IMG/VR virus record: IMGVR_UViG_3300037045_000039
Coordinates: 1 to 33,835 of that record
Reading direction: 5' to 3' (one strand)
Origin: a virus
Taxonomy: Duplodnaviria; Caudoviricetes
DNA length: 33,835 nt
Made by a program: the position numbers and the translations under genes. Under the pieces are notes generated by a model, which did no database searches, was not told the DNA's origin, and saw only the letters and a program-made list of their open reading frames with translations. Of the stretch, positions 16,476 through 26,828 are shown in pieces. How positions within the stretch are numbered: position 1 is the stretch's first letter; every line of letters starts with the position of its first letter.

Positions 16476-18143
16476 TTAAGATTTAGTTACGATGACAGTG
16501 TAAGTCTTAGTTGTAGTACCATTAGTAACAACAACTTCAACTGTGTTTTCGCCAGCATCCCAAGTAGGCGCATCGCCACTTGCGATAACAACTGTGTTGA
16601 CTTTGATGACAACATTCGCTTTGGCAACAGCAGCAACTGCAGATACAGCGTTGGTTGCGTTAGTTGTAGCTACAGTATACGCACCAGTTGCGCCGTCAAA
16701 TACAGGCGATAAAGCTAGAACGCCAATCTTGAGTTCTTTCAAGTACGCGTCTGAAGGATTCGCTGTATCAGGAGAGAAAGCAACGGATGCCGTTGGTGTT
16801 ACGTTGTTGATGTTGACATGAACGAACGATTCTCCAAATACAGGCTTGCCGTCATAACGTGCAGTGCCTTTGAAAACAGTGTTGTCTTCAATGAACTTCA
16901 CGTGCTCAGATTGAGCCAATGTCATGCCAGCTCTTTCGGCTAAAGAGTAAAGTGATCCGTAACCGCCAACGATATCGTAGTCAGCCATGAAATCAAGTTC
17001 AATGATCTTGCCGCCCTCGATAGGCATCGTATAGTTCATACCTGCTACAAGCGCGCCTGCAGCGTTGAATGCGATCATTTTTGACATGATGAACATTCTT
17101 GTTGTTCTGTTCATAACCCAGAACGTGCCGCCCTTCGCATAGTTTGGTCGTGCAATTGCCAGCTTCAAAATCAAAGCAGCAAAGAATGCTTCTGATGAAA
17201 GAGCTGAACTTGCAAATTTTGTTACGTTTGAAGTTCTAAGATCTGTCCATGCAGGTGCTTTTTCTGACCAGTCCGATGGCTTAGCAGCTTGAGCTAAGCG
17301 CGTAACGATACCAAGTGGCATCTTCTTACCCGTACCGTAAACAATCGCTTTATCAACCGCAAGACCAATTGCTTGAGCAATCGCATCAAGAATCTCAGCT
17401 GCTAAATTGATATCGCTGTCTTCTAGTGTTGAGTTGCATACTGCCATGAAGCCGCCAACTTTGAATCCATCAAGTTCAATTTGATTGAACACGATAGACA
17501 GTTCATTGAGCGTTGCACAAGCTTCCGTCCAAATACCTTCTGGAATAGTGCCAGCGATGTTCTGTCTACCTTTTCCTTTGATCGGTCTGAGATTGACTTC
17601 TGCAATCAACTTGCTGTATCTGTGCAAATTGTCTTTGACAAGTTCGAGCATCACATCAGGGAAGTTAAGTTCAGCACCGCTGACACTTCTGTTTTGTGTC
17701 TTCGGACCAAGTTGTCTAACTTGCTCTAAAAACTCTTTGACTTCGGCTCTAGTGACAAGTGCAGTTCTTTCTTCGTATGACATGTTTCTGAATAATCCAT
17801 TGATTCTCATTTGTGTACCTCCCTCAGTTTTTTCAACCTTTTTACTTCTTGATTCTGGCTCAACATTTGATGGCGCTTTGCTGTTGAGCTCTTCAATTTC
17901 TTGCTCTAAAACAGTGATCTCACCTTCAAGTTTTGATTTCTTTTCAATGAGCGTGCCTTTACTCGCTTCAATTGCATCGATCTCATCGTCGACAATTTGA
18001 ATCTCTTCTTCTGTGACCGCTTGCTCCAGTGCCACTTCAACATTTGTTTCTCTTTGTTCAATTGCTGACAGCTCTGTTGAGATTTCTGCCAATGCCGCTT
18101 TTCTTTGTTCGATTTTTCTTGCATTAACTAATTGTCTTAACAT
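16476..18143 (-). CDS. HK97-fold major capsid protein with coiled-coil delta domain and C-terminal cadherin/Ig-like domain
   Basis: N-terminal coiled coil; FKGTARYDGKP core end; then DAYLKELKIG..LSPVFD..YTV..GENTVEVVVTNG..KTYTVIVTK. Confidence 0.93.
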   Translation of the reverse strand: MLRQLVNARKIEQRKAALAEISTELSAIEQRETNVEVALEQAVTEEEIQIVDDEIDAIEASKGTLIEKKSKLEGEITVLEQEIEELNSKAPSNVEPESRSKKVEKTEGGTQMRINGLFRNMSYEERTALVTRAEVKEFLEQVRQLGPKTQNRSVSGAELNFPDVMLELVKDNLHRYSKLIAEVNLRPIKGKGRQNIAGTIPEGIWTEACATLNELSIVFNQIELDGFKVGGFMAVCNSTLEDSDINLAAEILDAIAQAIGLAVDKAIVYGTGKKMPLGIVTRLAQAAKPSDWSEKAPAWTDLRTSNVTKFASSALSSEAFFAALILKLAIARPNYAKGGTFWVMNRTTRMFIMSKMIAFNAAGALVAGMNYTMPIEGGKIIELDFMADYDIVGGYGSLYSLAERAGMTLAQSEHVKFIEDNTVFKGTARYDGKPVFGESFVHVNINNVTPTASVAFSPDTANPSDAYLKELKIGVLALSPVFDGATGAYTVATTNATNAVSAVAAVAKANVVIKVNTVVIASGDAPTWDAGENTVEVVVTNGTTTKTYTVIVTKS

Positions 18144-18738
18144 TATTTAACCTCGCTTTCGTATTGTGTTTTCTCTGCTCAAGTTGCTTTTGTTTATGGC
18201 GATCAACGTCAGCTTTACGCTCTAAGACGCCAGCTTGAGCACTTGTCTCCGTATATTGAGGAAATGTCACAACCGACACTTCGTGCAAATCAATCTTCTT
18301 GATGATCCACTTGACAGTTCCGTCTTCACGCCATTCAGTCTCTTCCTCAAGAATATTGAAACCGAAAGAACATTGGTCAACGTCACCGCGTTCGACACGT
18401 GCATAAAGGTTCATGGCATCAGTGTCATTTTCATTGACATAAATCACACCCCAAACGCCATAAGCATCAATTCGAAGTACAAGTGTTCCCTTCTTGTTTC
18501 TTCCGAGAACCAAATGATGTTCGTGATTGTTTAGCGCTCTTATGTCATTTGAAAGTGTCTCATTGCATGCATCAGGATGAATCACTTCATAAGCACCTGG
18601 CCACAATTCGGTTTCTGTGTTGAAAACGATGAAGCAACCCTCAATTACTTTTTTTGCATTGTCACCTTCTGCCCTAGTAGTCAGCTTCGATGTAATGCTT
18701 CGCATTTGATATACATCTCTAATCTCTTCACTCATCAC
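18124..18738 (-). CDS. HK97-family prohead protease
   Basis: ALNNH..VLGR, DQCSFGF and [12 protein letters not shown] motifs. Confidence 0.93.
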   Translation of the reverse strand: MMSEEIRDVYQMRSITSKLTTRAEGDNAKKVIEGCFIVFNTETELWPGAYEVIHPDACNETLSNDIRALNNHEHHLVLGRNKKGTLVLRIDAYGVWGVIYVNENDTDAMNLYARVERGDVDQCSFGFNILEEETEWREDGTVKWIIKKIDLHEVSVVTFPQYTETSAQAGVLERKADVDRHKQKQLEQRKHNTKARLNNVKTIS

Positions 18739-19943
18739 TTCTCTTCCCCTCCTTCCTTGTTGAGTTTTTTCTGGTCCCCAATCATTCCGGCAGGGATGTA
18801 GTTCTCGAGTATGATTCTTTCATCAAGCCCATCAATTGGTGATAAACCTAACGAATCTCTGACCTCGTTTCCAGTCATAATACTTCTGACAAATAAATTT
18901 GAGCCTAGATCAGCCAAGTCTTTTAAGTCATACGCGTACAAGCTGCGTGGATTCAACTTGAAATACCAGCTCGATTTTTCAATCAAACCTTTTGTTAGGG
19001 TTTGCTCAATCGTTTTTGCAATTGACATGATTCGCGTTCCGATAAAGCTATTGAATTCATCTCGCTTAAACTCGCCTACGCCCAAGAAAAAAGCAGGTAC
19101 CTGAATGATTCCTGCGACGGTTCTTTTATCTATGAGCACTGCATCATTAATCGCAAGATCATTGAGAGACAGTGGCTTTATTTGGTCCACTTTCATGAAC
19201 TCACCTGGTATTACCCAAGGTTGTCCAGCTTCAGTGTTGCCAATGTAGTCGTCGAGAATCTTTTTTCGACCTTCTTCGTTAGACATTTCTTCACTGAGCG
19301 CATCAATCGAGACTATGACAGATGGTTTCCACTTGTCACTCATGAATGCGTTCTTAGTTTTATTTGCCTGCTTCAGGTTGTTGGCCACATCTTTGAGTTC
19401 GACTCGATTTCCTGTACCCATCCAAGGTTTTTCAGGATCCGGATTAACCACAAAGTGAAGCACTTCGTCATAGTTGTACTCTTGACCTTGATAAATGACT
19501 TTGTAACCATTCGGTGTCGAATCAAATCGAACATAAGATGGTCTTAACGGAATCAGTTCTTTGATATTGCCGTTGCTATCATAGATCGGATAGACGATAC
19601 AGTTCCCATCTCCCTCTAAAAGCATGATGTAAACTATGTTGTATAGCCACGCCTTGCGCGTCATGAGCGAGTATGGATTGATGTCTATTTTTCTAGCTAG
19701 CTCGTTTTTGACACGTACATCACCTTTGTCTGTGTTTTCCATGAGGTGAATGGTCATAGAGCTAACCAAGTCTGCAATTTTACTAACAGCCATTTTTACT
19801 TCTGCATTCTGACTCAACTTCGTATAGCCAGCTGTGCATAAGGTCTCATATCCATCCAGTGAAGTGAGCCATCCAACGTTCGATGGTTCTGACCTAGTCT
19901 TCTGCTCAGGCCTTTTATTACCTCGGTTTTTCTTTCTAGACAC
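18735..19943 (-). CDS. HK97-family portal protein
   Basis: 402 aa; [13 protein letters not shown] and MTGNEVR motifs; follows TerL. Confidence 0.93.
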   Translation of the reverse strand: MSRKKNRGNKRPEQKTRSEPSNVGWLTSLDGYETLCTAGYTKLSQNAEVKMAVSKIADLVSSMTIHLMENTDKGDVRVKNELARKIDINPYSLMTRKAWLYNIVYIMLLEGDGNCIVYPIYDSNGNIKELIPLRPSYVRFDSTPNGYKVIYQGQEYNYDEVLHFVVNPDPEKPWMGTGNRVELKDVANNLKQANKTKNAFMSDKWKPSVIVSIDALSEEMSNEEGRKKILDDYIGNTEAGQPWVIPGEFMKVDQIKPLSLNDLAINDAVLIDKRTVAGIIQVPAFFLGVGEFKRDEFNSFIGTRIMSIAKTIEQTLTKGLIEKSSWYFKLNPRSLYAYDLKDLADLGSNLFVRSIMTGNEVRDSLGLSPIDGLDERIILENYIPAGMIGDQKKLNKEGGEEK

Positions 19944-19953
19944 GGGTGCCTCC

Positions 19954-21699
19954 TTATCGTTTGAAGAAGTCTGAAGCTGCAGCTGATGTTTCTGATGCTT
20001 CGAGCATCCTTACACAAGCGAATACCGCTGCATCAAATATGTCTATCCGGTCATTCTCGCCAATCTTTTCGTATTGGATCATGTCATCGGTTTTCTCGAT
20101 CGCCTTGACGTTGACCAAGCAGTACTCGAAAGGTTCTGCATGCAGATAGTAGAGCTCTTTATTTTTTGCTTTTGTCTCTATGTGTCTGAAGCCTTCAGAC
20201 TTTTTATAAAAGTATTGCGGTTGATCAACAATAGTGAATCCAGCTCTTTTCATTTTTGTGAAGAATGACCTTGCAAACTTTCTATCATGGCCAACTTGTT
20301 TAATCTGGAATCCCATCTTTTTCATTTTGACAAACCAGTTCACCACTTCATCGGTGTTGACTGTTGGCGCATTACACATGTCAAGCCAACCATCGTCTTT
20401 CCACCCAAATAAAGGGATGCCGTCGTCTTCCGACTTGCGGTGTGCCTCTGTGATTGGGAACCATGCATGAGGGATGATGATGTCAATCTCTTTTCGTTTT
20501 CCATCTATGATGGTTGTGTATGTTCCATAGAGAACCGCTGCCGTTAAGTCATAAAGTTTCGAAAGGTCCGCGCCACCATACCATTTGATTGGCAACTTTG
20601 CGAGTTGTTCCAATGTCCATTTGAAACTTCCATCAGAGCGTCTGAATTCATCAAGATTGAAATACGCTTTCAGTGCAGCGGTGAATACATTGAGTGATTT
20701 TGCGAAGAAGTCTTTGCGCTGTTGTGGATCGTTGAGCGCCTGAAGTGCATCGTTTAAAATGTCATCTGGTCTTATGCTTTCGCCATAACCAGGATTGGAC
20801 ATCTCGTGCACTTTAGGATCCGTGTAATCAATGTCACCTCCAACTTCTTTCGGACTGGCCATCGCGATAAACACGAAATACTGTTCGTCGACGACGGTAC
20901 CATCGAGTATCTTTTTACAATACTGAAGGCGCCTGTAACAAAACGAGTTCATGTTATCCCCGGCTGTTGAGATGCCTATCATCAATTTGTTGGTGTAAGC
21001 TTTCATTGCTTCTTTGATGACGTTGTACTGCTTTGCCGTTTTGTAGGCGTGGAGTTCGTCAGCAATTGCTATGTTACAGTTCAACGAGTCTTGCTTGTCT
21101 GGATTTGCCGCCAGCGCTTGAATAAATAAAGAGCCTTGTGAGAATTCTCTATACATCGAGTGCTCTTGGTTATTGTCCAAAATCCTGAATTCATCCTCTT
21201 CGCCCATTTGCTTAATGTTGTAATGGATGAACTTGAAACTTTGAAGTGCTTGGTTCATGGACGCCGCTACGATATACACGGTACTTCCACTTTTTCTTTC
21301 TAGGATGCCAAGCGCCCAGGCAAGCGCAGCTGAGAAAGTTGTCTTCGCATTCTTTCTTGGAATGAAAATGAACGCCTCTTTGAATCTGCGTATCTTTGTA
21401 CCGGCTCTATAGAATCCCAAGATGTTGTAAATCTGAAATTTATGAAATGGCTGCAATAAAAAAGGCTTGCCTCTCAATGGGGTACCATCGATGAGCTCAC
21501 CTTTTTCATGGACAAATGTTTTTTCTATGATGCCTATAACAAATTCAGCATCACTTGGATTGAATGTGTAACTTTCATTTTTTAGATCTCGAAAGAAACG
21601 CTCACATGCTTGGACAATTTCTGGACACGCAAGCTTGCGCCCCTCAACTATGCTATTCGCGTAGTCCATAACCTCAATGTAATTTGAGTAGTCTGTCAT
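19954..21699 (-). CDS. terL: Terminase large subunit
   Basis: Walker A IPRKNAKT, Walker B IADELH, ISTAG, GADLS nuclease motif, RIDIFDA. Confidence 0.96.
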   Translation of the reverse strand: MTDYSNYIEVMDYANSIVEGRKLACPEIVQACERFFRDLKNESYTFNPSDAEFVIGIIEKTFVHEKGELIDGTPLRGKPFLLQPFHKFQIYNILGFYRAGTKIRRFKEAFIFIPRKNAKTTFSAALAWALGILERKSGSTVYIVAASMNQALQSFKFIHYNIKQMGEEDEFRILDNNQEHSMYREFSQGSLFIQALAANPDKQDSLNCNIAIADELHAYKTAKQYNVIKEAMKAYTNKLMIGISTAGDNMNSFCYRRLQYCKKILDGTVVDEQYFVFIAMASPKEVGGDIDYTDPKVHEMSNPGYGESIRPDDILNDALQALNDPQQRKDFFAKSLNVFTAALKAYFNLDEFRRSDGSFKWTLEQLAKLPIKWYGGADLSKLYDLTAAVLYGTYTTIIDGKRKEIDIIIPHAWFPITEAHRKSEDDGIPLFGWKDDGWLDMCNAPTVNTDEVVNWFVKMKKMGFQIKQVGHDRKFARSFFTKMKRAGFTIVDQPQYFYKKSEGFRHIETKAKNKELYYLHAEPFEYCLVNVKAIEKTDDMIQYEKIGENDRIDIFDAAVFACVRMLEASETSAAASDFFKR

Positions 21700-22088
21700 T
21701 TCATACTTTCAATGGCCGCTTCTAGTTTAGATTTTTTGCCACGCTGCTTCTTGATCCCGTCGATACTTTTGGGATTGAGGCACAATCTATCCGAGTAGGC
21801 CATGATATCTTTTCGTAGTGTCTCCAAGGTGGATACGAGCGGGGCTTTCTTTGAACCGCCTTGGGCTGTTGATTCTTCAAACTTGAAATCACTGAACTCG
21901 AATCTATATGTCAGGACGTTGTACTGATAAACAAGCTCAACATACATATCGATGATCTTGCCATATTCCTTTTTGTAGACGCCAAGCTCTGTCATATCCT
22001 TGATCGTTGCTTTCTTGATTGTGCTCTTCCCAGGAGGCGTTTTTAATTTAGGTTTTTTGACGCCAACTTCATCGTCTTTAATTTCCAT
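21696..22088 (-). CDS. terS: Terminase small subunit (P27-like)
   Basis: [16 protein letters not shown]...LCLNPKS; coupled to terL; GGAGG RBS. Confidence 0.88.
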   Translation of the reverse strand: MEIKDDEVGVKKPKLKTPPGKSTIKKATIKDMTELGVYKKEYGKIIDMYVELVYQYNVLTYRFEFSDFKFEESTAQGGSKKAPLVSTLETLRKDIMAYSDRLCLNPKSIDGIKKQRGKKSKLEAAIESMK

Positions 22089-22109
22089 TTTTGCCTCCAA
22101 AAAAAAGTT

Positions 22110-22190
22110 TTTGAGAACCGCTCTATTGGAGAAGATTCCCCCATCCGGTCCCGGTGGTTTATAATTTGTATGCTTGAAGGAGGGGGGATA
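22110..22190. other. Candidate cos region
   Basis: G/C-run-rich stretch (CCCCCCT...GGGACCGGATGGGGG on the minus strand) at the HNH-terS junction, the usual cos position in HNH/P27 phages. Confidence 0.5.
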
Positions 22191-22452
22191 CCTTGATTTG
22201 CCAACGCTTCCCGGCTTCGGTTATCTCATTGGTTACTCTATCATGCATAGTGTTGTGCTTAACGTTGCATAAAGATACTAGGTTATCGTTTACAAATGCT
22301 AGATGTGGATGGGTTTCAACTGGATAAATATGATGTACCATCTCAGCATCATGTCTCTTGCCAAATCGCTTGCATTCTTGACAGATATAACCATCTCTTC
22401 TTAATATTTTGGCACGTTTGTTTTTCCATTTTTGCGTTTTGTGTACGCTCAT
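22159..22452 (-). CDS. Terminase-associated HNH endonuclease (HK97 gp74-like)
   Basis: RDGYICQEC..VHHI..NLVSLC..HN..H; upstream of terS. Confidence 0.92.
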   Translation of the reverse strand: MSVHKTQKWKNKRAKILRRDGYICQECKRFGKRHDAEMVHHIYPVETHPHLAFVNDNLVSLCNVKHNTMHDRVTNEITEAGKRWQIKVSPLLQAYKL

Positions 22453-22655
22453 CTCGGCGTCGCCTTTGCATCACACAGCGTGCACCAGTCAGTGTGCAAG
22501 TATTCGCCACACCTAAAGCACTGTATGAGCGTGAGTTCGTCGTGCCTGCTACACGCTGAAATGCTGCCACTTCCGTCTGTACATTCATGGCACCGATCGC
22601 AATCTATTCTGTTCAAGCATTCATGACACACGCAACCATCACACATACTGTTCAC
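22449..22655 (-). CDS. Small Cys-rich hypothetical protein
   Basis: Several CxxC pairs; ATGA-coupled to the HNH gene. Confidence 0.6.
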   Translation of the reverse strand: MNSMCDGCVCHECLNRIDCDRCHECTDGSGSISACSRHDELTLIQCFRCGEYLHTDWCTLCDAKATPR

Positions 22656-22659
22656 CTCA

Positions 22660-22694
22660 AATAAAAAACCACCCGATGATCTCGTGGTGGTTTT
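22660..22694 (-). terminator. Intrinsic terminator in the late-operon leader
   Basis: AAAACCACC...GGTGGTTTT stem with a T tail on the minus strand. Confidence 0.7.
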
Positions 22695-22758
22695 AACATA
22701 TGCGCCTGGTCTTAACGATAACTATCTGCCAAGCTCTCTCATAGTTTCTTACACTAAC

Positions 22759-22800
22759 ATTTTAACACCCGTTATAGGCTTCAAAGTTCGCATTTAGTTC
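22759..22800 (-). promoter_or_regulatory. Putative activator-dependent late promoter
   Basis: Extended -10 TGTTAAAAT (22767-22759) with no consensus -35, immediately after the RinA/ArpU-like gene. Confidence 0.55.
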
Positions 22801-23221
22801 ACACTTTATATCCAAGTTTCCCTGCGATTAGGTGTATCACTTCACCTCTCCACTTATAGAACGTTGTTTTTCCAATGTTTAGTTCTTCCCATATGCCCAT
22901 ATCTGTATATCTTCTGTTGAAATATTTCATTTCAATCAGTCTATATTTGTTTGGTTCCCCACATGATTTGATAATACCGAGTGATTCTTCAATCGCTCTG
23001 ATGCGATTACCTAATACGATATACTCAAGGCTTGTCAGTAGCTTTGTCGCCTTGGCTTCTGTTGGATTGCCTATGCCCGCTTGGACTGTTACATCGCTGT
23101 GTGCGGTTCCCTCGATGATGTCCGATTGCATTCTTTCGAACTCACGTTTGGTTTCTTTGTAATTGAAGAGCTCGCTCTCTATCAATCTAAAGTGAAGTTG
23201 TTCTGTTGTTCTTTTCTTCAC
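22799..23221 (-). CDS. RinA/ArpU-family late transcriptional activator
   Basis: IESELFNY...GNPTEAKA...LIEMKYF...IGKTTFYKWR; last early gene. Confidence 0.85.
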   Translation of the reverse strand: MKKRTTEQLHFRLIESELFNYKETKREFERMQSDIIEGTAHSDVTVQAGIGNPTEAKATKLLTSLEYIVLGNRIRAIEESLGIIKSCGEPNKYRLIEMKYFNRRYTDMGIWEELNIGKTTFYKWRGEVIHLIAGKLGYKV

Positions 23222-23267
23222 ATGTACCCCCTATGCCTCTAAATGCATTTGTCCTAATGCCTTTGTC

Positions 23268-23444
23268 CTAATGCTTGCCCTCGTTATCCGCATTGGCTGC
23301 ATCATGGACCATCTCTTTATATCTCAACGTCTGATATTCTTCTTGCGATATGATCACGTGCGATTCAGCATATTTGAAATGGCAGCTGACACATGTGTAC
23401 TCACCATCTTTTGTTTTCGCCCCACAACTTAAACATCTACCCAT
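23268..23444 (-). CDS. 58-aa CxxC hypothetical protein (not in ORF track)
   Basis: MGRCLSCGAK...YTCVSC; GGAGGTG RBS. Confidence 0.65.
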   Translation of the reverse strand: MGRCLSCGAKTKDGEYTCVSCHFKYAESHVIISQEEYQTLRYKEMVHDAANADNEGKH

Positions 23445-23457
23445 CTGTTCTCACCTC

Positions 23458-23898
23458 CTAGAACGGAACATCATCGTCATCCTCTATCGCCTGAAAGTCT
23501 TCAAAGCTTGGTGCCCCGAAACTGAAATCATTGCCTGCAGCCCCCGCTTCTTTCTTCTCGCCCCACTCGAGGAACTCAACACGATTCGCCAGTACCTCTG
23601 TTGTGTATTTCGTTTCGCCTGTTGTTGCTTTGAATGAGGATGTTTGGATTGAGCCTTGGATAGCAACCAATTTACCTTTGGCCAGATACTGACTGCAATT
23701 CTCTGCCTGTTTGCCCCACACGACAATCCGGATGAAGTCTGCTGTCGGCTTGCCTTGGGCTTCGAACTCTTGTTTCTTCTCACGCGTTAGGCCTTTGTCT
23801 ATGGCCAATGTGAAATTGGCAACTGCTTGACCAGTACCTGGTACGAATCTTAGTTCTGGATCTCGTGCGAGTCGGCCAATTAGTACTACGTTATTCAT
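23458..23898 (-). CDS. ssb: Single-stranded DNA-binding protein
   Basis: MNNVVLIGRLARDPELR OB-fold start; DDDDVPF tail. Confidence 0.96.
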   Translation of the reverse strand: MNNVVLIGRLARDPELRFVPGTGQAVANFTLAIDKGLTREKKQEFEAQGKPTADFIRIVVWGKQAENCSQYLAKGKLVAIQGSIQTSSFKATTGETKYTTEVLANRVEFLEWGEKKEAGAAGNDFSFGAPSFEDFQAIEDDDDVPF

Positions 23899-24407
23899 AG
23901 AGCTTTCCCTCCATGACGATAAGGCCTTGTCTTGTTGTACTCGTGCTTCTGTTTGAGTACTTGCTCGATATCAATTCCTGCGAATTCACAATAATCAAGA
24001 ATCCTTATTATGCAGTCTGCCAATTCAGATGCTATGCCTTCTGGTTTATTCGCTGCACAGTATGCGCAAACTCCACACCCGCCTCCACCGTTCGCTTTTA
24101 AATCTTCCATCTTACAAGCAGTATATAAAATTGGCCTATTGTGTCTATGTTCTTCTAATGCTTCTGATAATTCTGAATGACACAGTGCTATGATTTCACC
24201 GAACGACCTTTCGGTCTCCCACCAACCATGAGCAATTGCGTTTTGATGAACGTCCTTTGCAAATTCATTGAGTTTTATACATTCTGTGCCCCACTTATCC
24301 GCTTTTTCTTTCAGTACTTCTAACTCTGTTTCTGCTTTTCTTACAAGTTCTTCATTGGTACAATTCATCATCACCGCTAGTATGTTTAATATTTCAACTT
24401 TCATCAT
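23895..24407 (-). CDS. MazG-like nucleotide pyrophosphohydrolase
   Basis: IALCHSELSEALE...ELADCIIRILD...K..YN..RPYRHG. Confidence 0.82.
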   Translation of the reverse strand: MMKVEILNILAVMMNCTNEELVRKAETELEVLKEKADKWGTECIKLNEFAKDVHQNAIAHGWWETERSFGEIIALCHSELSEALEEHRHNRPILYTACKMEDLKANGGGGCGVCAYCAANKPEGIASELADCIIRILDYCEFAGIDIEQVLKQKHEYNKTRPYRHGGKAL

Positions 24408-24420
24408 TTGCCCTCACTTT

Positions 24421-24708
24421 CTAATATTCAATAGCCTGACCGCAATTTGAACAATATTTCCAATTAACATCATGGTTACAAATAGGACAAGCTTGACTTG
24501 AAGTTTCTGTTTTAATCGCTTTCAATGGCGTTTGTTTTGATGCTTTTTCTACACTTTCCATTAAGCCTTGTTCTTTTATGATCACGACAATGCCTCTGAT
24601 ATGTCTTTTTAACTGTTCTTCTGCTTTTCTGTCATGTTCAATCGCGTTTACTTCTATTAGCAGCTTTGTAGTAGCTTCGCATATACGTTTGCGTTCGTCT
24701 TTCGTCAT
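24421..24708 (-). CDS. Hypothetical protein with C-terminal zinc ribbon
   Basis: KQTP..CPIC..YCSNCGQ. Confidence 0.7.
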   Translation of the reverse strand: MTKDERKRICEATTKLLIEVNAIEHDRKAEEQLKRHIRGIVVIIKEQGLMESVEKASKQTPLKAIKTETSSQACPICNHDVNWKYCSNCGQAIEY

Positions 24709-24717
24709 GACTTACCT

Positions 24718-24912
24718 TCACCTTCCCCAAGCACACTTGAATATCTTTGATATGTTTCGCTTGATCCGTCTAATCGTCGCTCTTGGGCTGTGTAGCTTGA
24801 TGATATATGCCCTTTTCTCTTCTTTGTACAGACATAGGTTGCAGTAGTTAACGTTTACTTGATTCCTCCAACCTCTACACTTGGTACATCTTGAAGGTGT
24901 CCACTCTTTCAT
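24718..24912 (-). CDS. Hypothetical CxxC protein
   Basis: ATGA-coupled; CTKC/CNLC. Confidence 0.6.
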   Translation of the reverse strand: MKEWTPSRCTKCRGWRNQVNVNYCNLCLYKEEKRAYIIKLHSPRATIRRIKRNISKIFKCAWGR

Positions 24913-25682
24913 TTGACAAGGAACTCCTTCCTGATTGTAATTGCGATTTCAATGAGGTTGCTTAAGACCTCGACAGCATTTTCATCAGATATCCTTGCAA
25001 TCTCATCACCGATAAAGTTACGTGCTGCGCCAGTCAATGCTTTTTTGTATTGATGTTTGATTATGTCCATAGTTCTTTTGCGTGTCTCGCTAATCTCAGC
25101 TGATTCAATGAAAATTAATTGATCTGTTTCAGCTTCAAATTTTTCATTATGTGTCAGCAATGGTATTTCTGGTATTTCTGGTATTTCTGGTATTTCTGCT
25201 TTTTCCTTTATTTCCAACCATGGTTTTTGTGATGCGATTTGATTTATTTCATCGGCAATCTCTTTGCTTCTTCCTACAAACTCTGCGGTTACCTCAGCTG
25301 TATCCGATTTACCTTTTCCGTCCGGTACCAACCATGCTTCTGGTTGCATATCGACGATTGGAATGATTTGAATTCCTGCGTGAGGTGGTTCCGATGTCGG
25401 TTGGCCTTCTTTTGGCAAACTTAAAAGATTTTCTAATACCTCGTTCTGTTTCTTCTTCCTATCGATTTTCTGCTTTTCAATTTTGTTTTGAAGCACCTGA
25501 CGTTTTTCATCGATCGTGATGCCTTGCTTTTGATTTTTAGATCCTTTTGGTCTTCCCATACCGTTCCTCCCGTTCAACAGTTTCTCTAGTTCATCCGGAC
25601 TTGCCGTATAGACTGTACATGTGCTGTGTTTGATTTGGTTCTGCGTGTGTGCGATTTCCCTCTCTCTGTCAAGAATACTCAT
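24909..25682 (-). CDS. Hypothetical protein with GRPKGSKN (AT-hook-like) motif and (EIP)4 repeat
   Basis: 257 aa ORF; GGAGGTG RBS. Confidence 0.7.
   Translation of the reverse strand: MSILDREREIAHTQNQIKHSTCTVYTASPDELEKLLNGRNGMGRPKGSKNQKQGITIDEKRQVLQNKIEKQKIDRKKKQNEVLENLLSLPKEGQPTSEPPHAGIQIIPIVDMQPEAWLVPDGKGKSDTAEVTAEFVGRSKEIADEINQIASQKPWLEIKEKAEIPEIPEIPEIPLLTHNEKFEAETDQLIFIESAEISETRKRTMDIIKHQYKKALTGAARNFIGDEIARISDENAVEVLSNLIEIAITIRKEFLVK
25161..25198. repeat. 9-bp tandem repeat (TGGTATTTC) x4, in frame
   Basis: Directly visible; encodes EIPEIPEIPEIP. Confidence 0.92.
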
Positions 25683-25712
25683 GTGATCACCTCCGTTGTT
25701 ATTCTGTGAGGC

Positions 25713-25868
25713 CTACCCACTGAACTTCATCTCCCCTCTGCCACCACATGAGCAACGATTTTGATACCACTGCTGCTTTGCGGTGCTCTTCGCTGTATCT
25801 ATTGGCAATTCCTTTTTGCAGATTTTACATATGCCTATCATGCCTTGTTTTGGATCTGGTTTCTTCAT
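25713..25868 (-). CDS. 51-aa Cys-containing hypothetical protein (not in ORF track)
   Basis: MKKPDPKQGMIGICKICKK...CSCGG; fills the gap in the operon. Confidence 0.55.
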   Translation of the reverse strand: MKKPDPKQGMIGICKICKKELPIDTAKSTAKQQWYQNRCSCGGRGEMKFSG

Positions 25869-25876
25869 GGTGCCCC

Positions 25877-26179
25877 CTATAGTATGATTTTTAGTTTACC
25901 GCTTGAGTATATTGGTCGCTTGCCTTTATCTATGGCGTATTTGATTTCCATTTTCGCGCCATCGCTTGTGGTCCAGTTCTCAAGGAGGAACACTGCGTCA
26001 CACACGTCTATCATGGCAAAGCATATATGCATATACTCATGATGCTCGAATCCCGGATATGGAAGTATCGATGGATTCAATACGCTGTGTCCTTGAAGCT
26101 TCAGGAACGTCTCAGCTTTCTCGAATTCCAATTTGTAATTTTCTAGCCCTGTGATCTTGCCGGCAATGTACACCTTCAT
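25877..26179 (-). CDS. DUF4406 (nucleoside deoxyribosyltransferase-like fold) protein
   Basis: KVYIAGKITG..LNP..YM..CDAVFLLENW..S.GA..E. Confidence 0.88.
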   Translation of the reverse strand: MKVYIAGKITGLENYKLEFEKAETFLKLQGHSVLNPSILPYPGFEHHEYMHICFAMIDVCDAVFLLENWTTSDGAKMEIKYAIDKGKRPIYSSGKLKIIL

Positions 26180-26538
26180 AGATAGTTCCTCCCGAAGATT
26201 GCTAAGAGGCTTAACTCTGGATGCTCGCGTTCAAATTTGTGTTGCATTAGCTTTTGAAGGCTCTTGTTGTATTCTTGCGATGGTTCGCGCTGTACGATGT
26301 CATGACATCCAGGATGACACAATGGCACTTGCAATTTGTATTTCTCAGACAGCTTCTTGTACTTGTTTCCCATTAGTGGCTCATGCCATGTGATTGTGAA
26401 CCATGGCGCCTTTTTCTTACACTTGAAGCACTCAGCCTTTGAAAATGAAATATTCTCATCGACATCGACTTCACATGCAAAACATACTTGAAGGCCTTCA
26501 GGAATGATTTCCCCGCAGCACACGCATCTATCTTCCAT
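26176..26538 (-). CDS. Zinc-finger/HNH-like hypothetical protein
   Basis: CVCCG..IPEG..VC; HE..G..VPLC..CH..; FGRNYL terminus. Confidence 0.7.
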   Translation of the reverse strand: MEDRCVCCGEIIPEGLQVCFACEVDVDENISFSKAECFKCKKKAPWFTITWHEPLMGNKYKKLSEKYKLQVPLCHPGCHDIVQREPSQEYNKSLQKLMQHKFEREHPELSLLAIFGRNYL

Positions 26539-26828
26539 CAGTCACCACCGCCATCCAGTGTCTTGACCAGATACCAATTATCTTCAATCCACTTTAGCCA
26601 TCTGACGTCTATGTCTTCCCATTCGGTTAGTTTTTCATTTGCAGTGGCCAAATCGGTGGTCATGCTTAGTATGATGATTTCGTTCTTTTCGATGGCATCC
26701 ATGAGAGCCTGTTGCTCTGTCTCTATGGTGTTTATTCTCGCTTGGTTGTCTTGCTCCATCTTGTGGAAGATTAGGATTAGCACCACTATGATGGCTATGA
26801 TTACACATACTTGATCACGTTTTTTCAT
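26538..26828 (-). CDS. Small protein with N-terminal TM and coiled coil
   Basis: MKKRDQVCVIIAIIVVLILIF; ATGA coupling at 26828. Confidence 0.65.
   Translation of the reverse strand: MKKRDQVCVIIAIIVVLILIFHKMEQDNQARINTIETEQQALMDAIEKNEIIILSMTTDLATANEKLTEWEDIDVRWLKWIEDNWYLVKTLDGGGD

Noticed and set aside
8492-20470. Many + strand ORFs across the structural genes (for example 17485-18000 and 11995-12393)
   Set aside because: Antisense shadows of well-supported - strand genes.
22159-22452. HNH as a mobile homing endonuclease or intron
   Set aside because: Its size and position before terS match the packaging-associated HNH; no interrupted gene is seen.
25161-25198. Phase-variation switch
   Set aside because: The 9-bp unit keeps the reading frame, so copy-number change only alters linker length.
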